Made by a program: the position numbers and the translations under genes. A stretch of 64,000 nt of DNA from Chiloscyllium plagiosum (taxonomy: Eukaryota). The stretch lies in NCBI RefSeq assembly GCF_004010195.1, contig NC_057718.1, forward strand, positions 64,919,548 through 64,983,547, written 5' to 3'. The notes under the pieces were generated by a model. The model saw only the letters and a program-made list of their open reading frames with translations. It did no database searches and was not told the origin of the DNA. Positions 51,709 to 64,000 of the stretch are shown here, one piece after another (position 1 is the stretch's first letter; each line of letters starts with the position of its first letter).

Positions 51709-52565
51709 ACCAAAATTGGAGGTGTAGTGGAAAATGAAGGAGGTTATCTCAGAGTACAATGGGATCTCGATCAGATGGGCCAATGGTCCGAGGAATGGCA
51801 GATGGAGTTTAATTTAGATAAATGTGAGGTGCTGCATTTTGGAAAGGCAAATCAAGGCAGGATTTGTACACTTAATGGTAAGGCCCTGGGGAGTGTTGCT
51901 AAACAAAGAGACCTTGGAGTGCAGGTTAATAGTTCCTTGAAAGTGGAGTCACAGATAGACAGGATAGTGAAAAAAGTGTTTGGTATGCTTTGCTTTGTTG
52001 GTTGGTGCAGGAGGTCATGTTCTGCTGTACAGGACATTGGGGTTAGGCCACTTTGGAATACTGCATGTAATTCTGATCTGTCTGCTATAGGAAGGACGTT
52101 GTGAAACTTGAATTGGTTTGGAAAAGATTTACGAGGATGTTGCCAGGGTTGGAGGTTTTGAGCAATAGGGAGAGGCTGAATAGGCTGAGGGGTGACCTGA
52201 TAGAAGTTTATAAAATAATGAGGGCGCATGGATAGGGTGAATAGACAAGGTCTTTTCCCCAGGGTGGGACAGTCCAAAACTAGAGGGCATAGGTTTAAGA
52301 TGAAAGGGGAAATATTTAAAAGGCAATTTTTCAATGCAGAGGGTGGTGCGTGTACTAAATGAGCTGCGGCAGAAAGTGGTGGAAGCTGGTGCAATTACAA
52401 TGTTTAAAAGGCATCTGGATGAATATATGAATAGGAAGGGTTTAGAGGAATAATGGGCCAAGTGCTGGCAAATGGGACTAGATTGATTTAGGATACCTGG
52501 TTGGCATGGACGATTTGGATCAATGGGTCTGTTTCCGTGCTATAATCTCTATGACTCTATGACTC
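51709..52565 (+). mobile_element. CR1 3' fragment
   Basis: WQMEFNLDKCEVLHFGK; (CTATGACT)n tail. Confidence 0.88.
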
Positions 52566-53227
52566 TAATGTATTTTGGTAGGAAAGACAAGGAAGTGCAA
52601 GATAAAAGAAAGAATATAATTCTAAAGGAGTTGCCAAAACAGTTAACTTGCAAGTGTTTCAATAAAACTAAGTTTGAACCACAGTCCTATGTTTGTCTCA
52701 TACAGTAACAAGTATCTGAATAAACACATTTATTTCCGCTCCTATGTCTTATAGTCTTATTTTATGAGCAATAAACTGGTCAAAGTATCTGCATGGAACA
52801 TTTCACAAGCAATGGGTTTAATGGCCTCTTTCTTTGCAGTAACCATTCTATGACATACAAGGGTTGAAAATGTTACACCAACGAAGAATGAATAATGGTG
52901 AGAATGACACAGCATTTCGGAGCATAAGGATTAAGAGTGGGAAAAGATAATTCAGTCCTTCAAACCTGCAATTTGAAATACAATCATGGCTGATCTCATC
53001 TCAGCCTAACTCCACTTTCCTGCCTGCGCTCCATAACCTTACAACCCATCACTAATTGAAATCTGTCTATCTCCTCCTTAAAATGTACTTAATGTTCCAG
53101 AGTCTACCAAACTCTGCTGTAGCAAATACCACAGATTTTATGACTTTTTGAAAGAAGTAATTTTTCCTCATCTGTGTTTTAAATTTTCTCCCCTTTCTCC
53201 TAAAACTTTAACCTCTTACGATTGACA

Positions 53228-54840
53228 CTCTCATTTGTTTTGCTGAACTGGTTCTCACTCTCAATAATTTCTCCTTTGAATCCTCCTACTTCCTTCAGAC
53301 CAAAGGGGTAGTAAAGAGCACCCGCATGGGCCCCAGCTATGCCTGTCTCTTTGTCAGATACATTGAACAGTCCAGCTTCTGCAGCTGCACTGGCACCATT
53401 CACCACCTTTTCCTCTGCTACATCAATGACTGTATCAATGCCACTTTGTGCTCCCACGAGGAGGTTGGACATTTCATCAACTTCACTAACACTTTTCACC
53501 CCGATCTTAAGTTCATCTGGATCATCTCGACATATCCCTCCCCTTCCTGGGCTTCTCCATCTCCATTACCAGTGACTGACTCAACATGGACATCTACTAC
53601 GAACCCACTGACCCCCACAACTACCTGGAATACACCTCCTCCCACCCTGTCCCCTGTAAAAAATCTATCCTTTATTCCCAATTCCTCTGCCTCTGCCACA
53701 TCTGCTCCCAGAGGGAACAATTCCACCACAGGACACACCAGATAGCTTCCTTCTTCAAAGACTGCAATTTCTCCTCCCATATGATTGATGATGCTCTCCA
53801 GCACATCTCATCCACTTCCTACATCTCTGCCCTCAAACCCCAGACTTCCAATCGCAAAAGGGACAGAACCCCCCACCCCCACCCCCACCGATGCTCACCT
53901 TCTACCCCACTAAGCTCTAGACACATCACATCATCCTCTGCCATTTCTGCCACTTACAAACAAACCCCACCATCAGGGTTAATTTCCCTCCCCACCCATA
54001 TCCACATTCCATAAAGACCATTCCCTCTGCGAATCTCTTGTCAGATCCACGGCCTCCACCAACCCACCCTCCCCTCCCAGCACCTTCCCACGCCACTGCA
54101 GGAATTGCAAAACCAGCGCTCACACCTCCCCCCTCACCTCCGTCCAAGACCCCAAAGAAGCCTTCTACATCCATCAGAGATTTACCTGTATTTCCATACA
54201 TCATTTACTGTGTCCAATGCTCCTGATGTGGTCTCCTCTACATTGGGGAGACAGGATGCCTACTTGCGGAACGCTTCAGAGAACATCTCTGGGATACATG
54301 CATGAAACAACTCCGCTGCCCCATGGTGGAACACTTAAACTTCCCCTCCCAATCCACCAAGGACATGCAGGTCCTGGGCCTCCTCCATCGCCAAACCCTA
54401 ACCACCCAATGCCTGGAAGAAGAATACCTCATATTCCGCCTTGGGACCCTCCAACCACATGGGATCAATGTGAATTTCACCAGTTTCCTCATTTCCCCTT
54501 CCCCCCACCTTATCCAAGATCCAGCCTTCCAACTTGGCACCGCCCTCTTGACCTGACCATCATCTTTCCCATCTATTTGTTCCACCCTCCTCTCTGACCT
54601 ACCACCTTTACCCTCACCTTCATCTACCTATTGCATTCTCAGTTACCTTCCCTCCAGCCTTACCCACTTCTTCCATTTATCTCTCAGCCTCCTTAGCCCA
54701 CAAGCCTCATTCCTGATGAAGGACTTAAGCTTGAAACATTGATTCTCCTGCTCCTCAGATGCTGGTTGACCATCTTGCTTTTCCAGTGCCACACATTTTG
54801 ACTCTGATCTCCAGCATCTGCAGTCCTCACTTTCTCCTAG
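53228..54840 (+). mobile_element. Penelope-like element: RT, GIY-YIG endonuclease and terminal repeat
   Basis: MGPSYACLF...CYINDC (RT motif C); YIIYCVQCS*CGLLYIGETG...ERFREH (GIY-YIG) at about 54196-54290; degenerate hammerhead at about 54712. Confidence 0.9.
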
Positions 54841-55995
54841 TGTCATCAAGCCACTTCCTCAGCAACAACCTGCTCACTGACACCCAGTTTCAATTCTGCT
54901 AGGGCCATTCAACTCCTGACCTCATTACAGCTTTGGACAAAAGAGATGAAATGCAGAGGTGAGGTAAAATGACAACTCTTGACATTAAGGCCACATTAAC
55001 GGATTGTGACATCAAGGAGCTTTAGCAAATCTGGAGATGATTGTGGTAGTCGTAGGTCAGTCATCTCATCTCCAGGAGTTCCTCAGGGTAGTGTCCTAGG
55101 CTGAACCATCTTCAGTTGCTTCATCAATGATCTTCCCTTCATCAAAAGGTCAGAAGTGGGGATGTTCACCAATGATTATGTAATGTTCAGCATAATTTGT
55201 GACTCCTCAGATGCTGAAGCAGTCCATGTTCAAATGCACCAAGATCTGGAAAGTATCCAGGCTTGGGCTGACAAGTGGCAAGTAACATCCATGCCACACA
55301 AATGCTAGGCAGTGTTGGTTTCCAATAAGAGACAAACTCTCCACTGCCCCTTGAAAGTCAATCTGTTACCATCATTAAAAGTCCTATTAACAACATCCCA
55401 TCTTGCCATTGACCAGAAGCTCAACTGGACTAGCCATATAAATATAGTGGCTTTAGGATCAGGTCAGAGACTAGGAATGCTGCCACAAGTAACTCACCTC
55501 CTAACTCCCCAAAGTCTGTCCATCATTTGCAAGGCACAAGGCAGGAGAGTGATGGATGAGTGCACTCCAACAACACTCAAAAATCTTGATACCATCCAGG
55601 ACAAAACAGCCTGCTTGATTGGCACCACATTCTCGAACATCCACTCTCTCCATCACTGATACTCAATGGCAGCAATGTGTACGATCCACAAGGTGCACTG
55701 CAGAAATTCACCAAAATCCTTAGACAGCACCTTCATCTGGAAGGGCAAAGGGAGTAGAAACATGGAATTTCCCTCCAAAACATTAACCATCCTGATTTGG
55801 AAATATATCACCAAGCCTTCTGTGTTGTTGGGTCAAAATCCTAGAATTTCTTCCCCAGTGGCATTGTGGGTCCACACAAAGCACATGGACTGCAGAAATT
55901 CAGAGGTAGCTCACCACCCCCTTCTCAAAGGCAGAGATGAACAGGCAACAAATGCTGGCTGAGCTGGCAATGTCCATGTCCCATGAGTAAATAAC
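54841..55995 (+). mobile_element. old L2/CR1-clade LINE RT and 3' end
   Basis: GVPQGSVLG-like motif near 55075, WADKWQV, DQKLNWTSHI; tail GCTCACCACC...AATGCTGGC. Confidence 0.65.
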
Positions 55996-56087
55996 AAACA
56001 AGTGCAAAATCCTGCAGGGAAACTGCACATATATGAATATTGTGAATCCACAGTAGAAATGTTTAGAAACTTGGCCATTCATATAAA

Positions 56088-56598
56088 ATCATAGAATCAT
56101 CTGTCATGGAAAGAGACTCTTCAGTCCAAACCGTCTATGTCAACCAGGTTTTCCAAACTAAACTAGTCTCACTTTGGTCCATATCTCTCTAAACCTTTCC
56201 TATCCAAATGTCTTTTAAATGTTGTAACTATACCTGCATTTACCACTTCCTCTGGCAGTTCATTCAACATATGAACCAACCTCTGTGTGAAAAACGTTGT
56301 CCCTCAGGTCTCTTTTAAGTCTTTCTCCTCTCACCTGAAAAATATGCCTCCTAGTTTTGAACTGCCCTACCCTAGGGAAAAGACCTTTGCTATTCACCTT
56401 AACTATGCCCCTCGTAATTTTATAAATGTCCATATGAGCACAACTCAACTTCCTACATTCCAGTGAAAAACATTCTAGCCTATCCAGCGTCTGCATATAA
56501 CTCAAACCTTATGGTCAAGCAACAACTTTGTCAATCTTTTGTGATCTTTCTGCAATGTAATAATATCCTTCCTATTGTCGGGTGACCAGAACTGTATT
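56088..56598 (-). mobile_element. CR1 3' fragment
   Basis: FSLECRKL, GLFPRVG and QFWSP motifs. Confidence 0.8.
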
Positions 56599-56599
56599 G

Positions 56600-57430
56600 A
56601 AAACTGTGGTGCTGGAAAAGCAGTCAGGCAGCATCCGAGGAGCAAGAGAGTCAACGTTTCGAGCAAAAGCTCTTCATCAGGAATGTGGGGTGGCCCAAAG
56701 GAGCTGAGAGGTAAATAGGGGGGTGGGGCTGGGGGAAAGGTAGCTGGGAATATGACAGGTAGATGGAGGTGGAGGGTGATGGTGATAGGTTGGAGAGAAG
56801 GGTGGAGCAGATAGGTGGGAAGAAATATGGACAAATAGGACAGGTCAAGAGGGCAATGCCAAGTTGGAAGGTTGGATTTAGGATAAGGTGGTGGAGGGGA
56901 AATGAAGAAACTAGTGAAATCGACATTGATCCCATGTGGTTGGGAGATCCCAAGGCNNNNNNNNNNNNNNNNNNNNNNNNNNNNNNNNNNNNNNNNNNNN
57001 NNNNNNNNNNNNNNNNNNNNNNNNNNNNNNNNNNNNNNNNNNNNNNNNNNNNNNNNNNNNNNNNNNNNNNNNNNNNNNNNNNNNNNNNNNNNNNNNNNNN
57101 NNNNNNNNNNNNNNNNNNNNNNNNNNNNNNNNNNNNNNNNNNNNNNNNNNNNNNNNNNNNGACAGGGGATTTGCAGCGGGAATGGTCTCTATGTTGTATC
57201 CAGAGGTTGGTGGCATGGGAGATGAGGACCGTGGGGGGTTCTATCCTTGTTGTGATAGGAGGGGTGGGGTTCAAGGGTGGTGTTGTGGGAAGTGAGGAGG
57301 TATGCTCAAGGGCATCGTCGACCATGTGGGAGGGGAAATTGCAGTCCTTGAAAAAGGGGGGTCCATCTGGAATGTTCTGTGGTGGAATTGGACCACCTGG
57401 GAGCAGATGCAACGGAAGTGGAGGTAATTC
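56600..57430 (-). mobile_element. PLE fragment spanning an assembly gap (56957-57160)
   Basis: colinear with the copies at 9345-10490 and 53228-54840. Confidence 0.85.
56650..56684 (-). ncRNA. hammerhead motif copy with compensatory stem II
   Basis: ATTC-CTGATGA-A-GAGC-TTTT-GCTC-GAAAC-GTT-GAC. Confidence 0.6.
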
Positions 57431-57747
57431 AAGATTTCAAGATTGCAATCTTGAAAATAAAGATGCATTTTATGTCCTAATATTGCTTTAGAATGTGCAA
57501 TGCAATAATAATTCATAAAACATCATGGACGAGAATATTTTAAAATTTAAACCTTTGAAATGGGTTTGATGATGAAGTAATTTTATTTTTCCTACTGGCA
57601 AAACTACATACCAGTTCTTCTGACAGAACTAGTAACTTTACATAATTCAGTCCAATATAACTGGTCTCTTCAGTTATCACAGATAGGTTTACTGATCCAG
57701 GCATTGGCAGATTGCCATGTTTGATCGCTGTGAGAGTTCTCTCGTTT

Positions 57748-58040
57748 ACTCTGAGGGAGTGTTGCACTGTTGCAGGCTCCATGTTTTCAATCAGATATTA
57801 AATCTACCTTCTAAGTTGAACGTTAACAATTCCCTGCCACTTTTTGAATTCTCACTCTCGTTGTGAACAACATTTACCCCTCAACATGCATCACTAAATA
57901 CAGATTATCTGGTCATTTCAACTTTACTATTTGTATCACGGTGCTGTGCATATATTGATTGGTGTGTTCAAAGGTATCTTTGAAGCACTTCAGGGCATTT
58001 TGAGGTCATGAAAGGCATTGCATAAATGTAACTTTTTTGT
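57748..58040 (+). mobile_element. DeuSINE remnant (AmnSINE1/SacSINE1-related)
   Basis: CTGAGGGAGTGTTGCACTGT...CATTTACCCCTCAAC...CAGATTATCTGGTCATT...TGAGGTCATGAAAGGC...ATAAATGTA matches the Deu-domain pattern as I recall it. Confidence 0.6.
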
Positions 58041-58689
58041 TCATTCATTCCACCAGTGCAATTTTGGTTATAGAACAACAAAAACACAATTTTACAAAAG
58101 TTGGGATTCCTGTTGCAGTCTTGCTGAAAGTGACTGTGGGGGCGTGACTCATCAGAAAATCATCCCAGAAAGGTCCACAGTTCAGTTCCCAATCTGTGCT
58201 GAAGGAGGTTATCTTGGCGAGAGTGATGTTAAATGTTCTCAAATTGACCATAGGGAAACAAAACTGTCCATGACACAGGCCTGCAGTTTTCCAGCTGTTT
58301 TACCTGTTTGCAACATCAGTTATCTAATTGTCATGACTACATCATAAGTTTTGGTTTGTTTTTAAACCAAGGAGGTCTCTGGCGAGGTTCATTGAAAGAA
58401 GAAGCTTTCCCCCATCCCTGTTCAATAGGTGACAAATGTATCAGGGTGAAAGGTCCTTGAAGTAATCTGAGTCCATGAAGAGGCAGGTGGCAGAAATAAT
58501 CTAAATCCAGTATAAAACTGGTTGGAGTATTCAAATAAGGGAGGTACTGCATTTCACCATGCATTCTAATGGTGGGGGGCATTGGAAGAAAGACTGTGTT
58601 CAAGACTTTAATGTATTATGTAATGTTGCCAGTGTCCTACAAAATAATCTGTTGACAAATGTTTGGTTTCCCGCCTATCTTTCTTAATC

Positions 58690-59510
58690 GATGTTCTGCT
58701 GCCTCTGATTTATCTAAGTGCTTGTCTGACATCCAGCATTAAATGGGCAGAGATTTCTATGAAATAAATATTGGGAAGGCTGAAGTGATTATCTTTGGTC
58801 TGTACTACAAACCTAATGCCAGGACCACTGACTTTAACCTTATTCTTGGTCAGTCTTTAAGAGTGAACCAAACTGTTCCCAACCTTATGCATCTCATTTA
58901 AACCTGAACTAAGCATTCAACCCTTCATCTTCTCCATTATTAAGGTCTCTTACTCTCTCCTCGATAACACCCCATCTCCAGCCAGGCTTCATCCTGTCTC
59001 TTGTGGAGACCAGAGACTCGACTGCATTCTACGCTGGTTGGCCTCATTTTTCTAACCCATTAGAAGTTTGAGCTCGTCTGTTCAAGTCACATTCAAGTCT
59101 TGTTCACTGCTTACCTCTGTGCTTATTGATAAACATTAGCTTCAAGGCTGGCAAACCTCATTTTTTATCTTTCATCCTTGTGTTGAAACTCCTCCATGGG
59201 CTCCCTGTACTCTATCTCTGTAACCTTCTCCGATCCTATAACCTTCTGGGTAGCTTCTTGTTGCTCCAATTGTGGTCTCTTTCACATTCTTGATTTCTTT
59301 CACCACAATTTAGTGGCATTCCACACAGATGTCTAGACACTAAGATCTCCATCCCTCTGTCATTTAAGTTACTCCTTAAAAGCAGACATTTTGACCACAG
59401 GTTTTAAAACTTTCTTTGCCTGGTTTGACATCAAATGTTTTCCGATAATGCTTTTGTACAATGCCATGGATTATTTTACCATGTTCGCAGCACCAAATAA
59501 ATGAAAATTG
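58690..59510 (+). mobile_element. old L2 LINE 3' remnant
   Basis: decayed CLSDIQ..INIGKAEVIIFG RT C-terminal motif at about 58720-58800. Confidence 0.5.
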
Positions 59511-59968
59511 CAGTAATTCCTATAAAATGCCATTATTTTTGAGCTTTTGGGGTATTGAATCTCATTGATACATTTCCTCAATTAACATGGCGAAGAACAG
59601 TTTCAAGGATAGGTTTTCGAACTTCATTTTTAAAGGAACTGTAACTAAGATTGCTGACCTTTGTAAGGGAATTAGATGCATTGGATGGAGCCCACGATGG
59701 TGTAAATTGCTGTTTGAAGAAGAAAATTGGCCTCCTTTTACTCTGTTTTACTGTCTTTCTGTCTATATTTGCATCTGTTACAATATATAAATACCTTTTG
59801 AAGAAAGCTGGAAGTAACAGAATTAAGCAGTACATTCTTAATTTTAGGAAATATTGGTCAGGCTCAACATAGTTGTAAGCACAATAAGAGAATATTTCAC
59901 CTTTGATTAATCATATGGATTTATTAAAAAATTAATAACTCAGCATGTGTCAACTCTTTCGCACTTAC

Positions 59969-60050
59969 CTTTCAGTGTTGCCTTCTTTAGTACCTTCATA
60001 GCATAGAGCTGCCCTGCATCAGAGCCCTTTATTTTCTTAACAAGAAATAC
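59969..60050 (-). CDS. RPS6KA2: p90 RSK (RSK3-like) coding exon, NTKD subdomains I-II
   Basis: 82 bp, ccaag|GTA...AAAG|gtaagt; translates [27 protein letters not shown](V) with the catalytic Lys; phase 0 to 1. Confidence 0.93.
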
Positions 60051-60137
60051 CTTGGAAGAAAATAGAAGAAAGTGTTACTTATCTGAGCAGCTTAATAACG
60101 AATTAACTGTCTTTGAAGTGGGCTCTGAATAGAAGCT

Positions 60138-60270
60138 TGGAGATCGTAAAGACTGCAGATGCTGGAAGTCAGAGTCAATAAAATGTGGAACTGGAAAGAC
60201 ACAGCAGGTCAGGCAGCATCGGAAGAGCAGGAAAATCGATGTTTCGGGTTGGCACCCTTCATCGGGACTG
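60138..60270 (-). mobile_element. solo PLE terminal repeat about 90 bp upstream of an RSK splice acceptor
   Basis: CCGATGA-A-GGGT-GCCA-ACCC-GAAAC-ATC on the minus strand plus the shared repeat. Confidence 0.8.
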
Positions 60271-63200
60271 GTAAATATTGATTTACCTTTCTTGGATCCA
60301 TGACGGACCACCTCATATTTCTCCACATTGAACTAATCTATCATAATTTTATCCATGCATTCCATCAATGGAACTTTGAATTTTCATGCGCCATCTGCAC
60401 TGTGTTTGTCTCTCCCAAATCATCGTTATCTGTAATATTGAATATATAAGTCATTATTCTTTCATCTAAGGCACTGGCATATATGGCCAGGACCTCCCAC
60501 AGTTGTCTTCTGCAGCAAGAAATCAGGAAGCAAGATTCACTACATGGTTAAAAAAAAAACTGCCTTACTGGAAAACAACATGATGTAAAAGAATCACATA
60601 TTCGGGAAGCAGATCCTGGACTCTCCCTCTTCTGCACTAACAAAGTAGTAATCTGTTATTGACAATTTACTGAGAACTGATATGTTAATAAAGTTTGTGA
60701 CCACTTTAATCAACTCGCTCAGATCAACCAGTCTTCTGTGAATCCTGCCTGAAGTTCTTTTGTTCAATTTATTCTTTCTTTAAGATTAATTAAATTGCAC
60801 TATGGCAGAACCAAGGCTAGGCAATCGTCAATTCGAAAAGAGCCCAAGCAAGCAAAAGAGATTCATATTTACATTCTACAGAAGTCAGATAGTAAGCTGG
60901 AGGCCTGAAAGTGAAGGCAATTGGAACCCTGCATGACATGGTTTCTTGTGTCACACAGTGTCAGGCAGGTCAGCGGCAGGGCACATTATTACTGTCAGAA
61001 TAACAGACCTGCAAAATAGTCAATTTCTCAGGAAAGCACTCACTTACTAAAATACGATCCTTTTGTATCCCTAATTACATTAATGTACTGAGAAGGATAC
61101 TGTCTTTTCATTCTTTTCCTTACAACTCTTAATTGGGTCTCTTCTCACCTTTATATCACCTCCTTTATTTATTTCAATTTCATCAAGCAACTTGAAATGC
61201 TTTCTAGTTAAAGACATTTGATGAAGGCAATTTGTTGCTGTCACGACTGCTATTATTGTAAAAATGGCCCAGATTTTGGGCGGTAATGATAGCTAAATTC
61301 TTTGGATTTGTCACCTGGGACTGGATTTTCATCACTTGATGGCATTGAAAAAGTGAAAAAATGATATGAATCTTGGCTTCATATTCCGAATTGCTATGCC
61401 TTCCTGGCCTCACGATCTTGACATGACCTTTCTGTGGGTCTTGATGACTTTGAATATGAATCCCACGCACACCTCCTCTGAGATTATGCTTGTCATTATG
61501 TGGACCCCACCGAAAGTTTTAATATTTTCCGCCATGATATTCTTGTGAGCTGGTGCAAGCTTTGAAACATCTAAAAGAACTTATCAGGCTTGAGTTTATG
61601 AACTTATAAAAGTCCAAGCCTGAAACATTATTGTGTGTAAATATTAAGTATTAAATTCTTATTTGTTTCTCTGCAAACTTCATAAATGTGGAAAAAGCTT
61701 CAAGGGTCTGATGGCCTATCCTGATCCTAACATACAGCTAGTTTATACATCATGGATGGAACTTTGTGTCTTTCACCATGGTGAGTTCAGTTGCGGGATT
61801 GCTGCATTTAATCAGGCACTACAGTGACAAACAGGTCCCTACCACTACCCCAAATACATCTTGGGCTAGGAAGACAGTCCTAATGCCCTCCTATCAGTTG
61901 AATCCGTTAAGAGGGCAATTAATGGCCGAATAAGGTCTACATCCCAAGCACTGTTTGTAGTAACCTTGTGGCCGTTAGGAGGCTCACCAAGTTTTATACA
62001 TGACATGAAAATTGTGGTGCGTTTGCTTGCCAGTTCCCAGCAGAGATAGGAGAGTGTGGGGTTGGGGTGAGGATGCTCCAGCAACCAGTTCAAAAGGAAA
62101 ATCAGCACTTAAAAAGACAGGGCTGAATTATACAAGACTCTAGATTCCCCACGACCTCTCATGGGGTAGAATATCAGATATGAGGTGCCCGCCGAGGAGG
62201 TACATTAAGGATGTTTAACCCCCACCACCCCATTACCATCTCAGGCCCAGCAACCCAAACTTGAAATCCTGTCAGGCTGGCTGCTCAGCATGGACCTCTC
62301 CCATTGGCAGTTTAATTTTAGTGGCAGAATAATACCTTTACATGAGCGTTAATTGTCTGCCCAAGAGCCTCAGTTAACCCACTGACTGGTGGAATATTTA
62401 TAGTGGAGACTGATCACTCACTGGATTCATGAACCCCTCCCTTTTCAGTCCTACCAGCAGGCAAGTGTTCAATCCCAACTAACTTGTTTCTTTTCACTGG
62501 TTTTAACACTTTTGTTCATGATTCATAATGATAATTGAAATGTATAATTTACATGTAGTAGAAGATCATGGAATGAAACAACCAGGAGTATGGGCAACTA
62601 GAATTGACAACCTTATAATTGAGTTGCGGGCGGTGCATGGAAACATTGTCACCATCAGATCAGCTGACTGTTGCTTTAACAAAAGAGTTTGGGGTAGTGA
62701 GAGCTTGGCCACTTTTATCAAGGCAGTATCAATTTGCACATTTCCTAATTTCTTTGGTGTTCATTGTTCATTAACTTGAAATAAATCACTTTTTCATTAG
62801 AACTGAAGCCATATTGAAACATTGGTCAAGGGTAGTTGTACAAAATGGCCAATTGTAAATCAGTAACCTGCTGAACTCTTTTTTTTAAACTGATCTACAG
62901 AAAACAAGATTTGGGGACCACTATATAAGGGGGTAAGCACACTCTGTTAATGTTTTTTCATAAGATAGAACTTCCATACCAGTATTGATTCCAAAGGGAC
63001 TGTCTCTTAACTGCTTCTGTTGTAATTATATCCTTCTTAAACTGAATGTAAAAATGTATATAGTACACCAGGGTTGGTCTTGCCAAGCGTCTGTAAAGAG
63101 CTGCAAGGAGCTGCAGTAACACTTCCCTATTTTCATACTAGTCCATCCAATTTGCATTAAATTTGCCTTCCTAATTGCTTACTGTACGTTGTTAGCAAAT

Positions 63201-63721
63201 ATTATACAGTAGGAAAACTTGACAATGTCTGGATGCAGAGAGTTTACCATATGTCTTTTTGGAACTGAAAGGTCAAAAGTGGAATTGTGTTGTATTTCTC
63301 AATGTTTACAAAGAGTTAAGTAGATTGGAAAAGGAGATGAATTTGTTCCTTTTGCTGGACAAACCAGTGGAAGGAACATTGGGCTGCAGCGTTGGTGAGC
63401 AACAGCCTTTCGATTGTTATTTTCTGTTTTGCCACAGACTGGGAGTGGTGCAGTTGAAAAGAGACCTCCAAGAAGCCAACAATAAAAAGCAGTCTCTCTC
63501 TCTCCCTGTCCTGGAAAAGAAAATAATCTTTCCAGCTGTCGAGAGGTTTGCAAAGCAATAATGCTCTCTCTTCCACTTTGTCTTTCTCTTTCTCACTGTC
63601 TGAGTAAAAGACAACATTCCAAGATTCTGCACATTAAACTGTTAACTCAATAAAAGACTTGAGTCTGAGAGACTGAACTGAGGAGCTTTCATTCCGCTGT
63701 GACCAACAGCAACATGATCTC

Positions 63722-64000
63722 ATCAACACCTGACGCCTGGAGGAAGAATGCCTCATCTTCTGCCTTGGGACCCTGCAACCGCATGGGATTGATGTGGATT
63801 AAACCAGTTTACTCATTTCCTCCCCCCCCCTTATCCCAGTCCCAAGCCTCCAACCGCCCTCTTGACCTGTCTATCATCTTTCTCATCTATCCGCTCCACC
63901 CTCCTCTCCAACCTATCATTTTCTCCCCCACCTTCATCTACCTATTGCATTCCCAGCTACATTCCCCCCACTCCACCACATCCCCCTCCCACGGCCCCAT
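63722..64000 (+). mobile_element. PLE 3' fragment cut by the window end
   Basis: colinear with 54400-54660. Confidence 0.8.

Noticed and set aside
59651..59872. ORF with a transmembrane-like stretch
   Set aside because: AT-rich intronic sequence readily gives hydrophobic runs; there is no ATG start or recognisable homology.
27861..59968. A complete nested carbonic anhydrase gene in the 32-kb intron
   Set aside because: A manual scan found only one CA exon. TBLASTN would be needed to exclude very diverged exons.
60275..60335. Possible upstream RSK exon ending ...AAAG|gtaaat
   Set aside because: It translates as a CR1 RT remnant (NVEKYEVV..GSK), not the Gly-rich-loop exon. The neighbouring RSK exons appear to lie outside the window.

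Overview
Eukaryotic, intron-rich vertebrate DNA, very likely a shark (inferred from HE1/V-SINEs, CR1 LINEs and DeuSINE remnants), with two N-gaps. The minus strand carries six coding exons of the N-terminal kinase domain of a p90 RSK, best matching RPS6KA2/RSK3: 60050-59969, 27860-27780, 23217-23138, 21842-21736, 11985-11948 and 11812-11670. All have GT-AG sites and consistent phases. The rest is intron, filled with CR1, L2-like and Rex1/Babar LINEs, tRNA-derived SINEs, a MITE, probable solo LTRs and many Penelope-like element (PLE) fragments. Two signals stand out. (1) The PLE terminal repeats carry a minimal hammerhead-ribozyme motif (CTGATGA-A-stem II-GAAAC-GTC). Stem II covaries between copies, one copy has an intact core (45100-45137), and the motif also occurs in solo and mini non-autonomous units. 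(2) An isolated, intact 143-bp alpha-carbonic anhydrase exon (45363-45505) with its own splice sites lies inside the 32-kb RSK intron. It sits between a young PLE reverse-transcriptase fragment and a hammerhead-bearing PLE 3' end, which suggests PLE-mediated capture of a host gene fragment. Misassembly is not excluded. Repeat boundaries were read by eye and are approximate.
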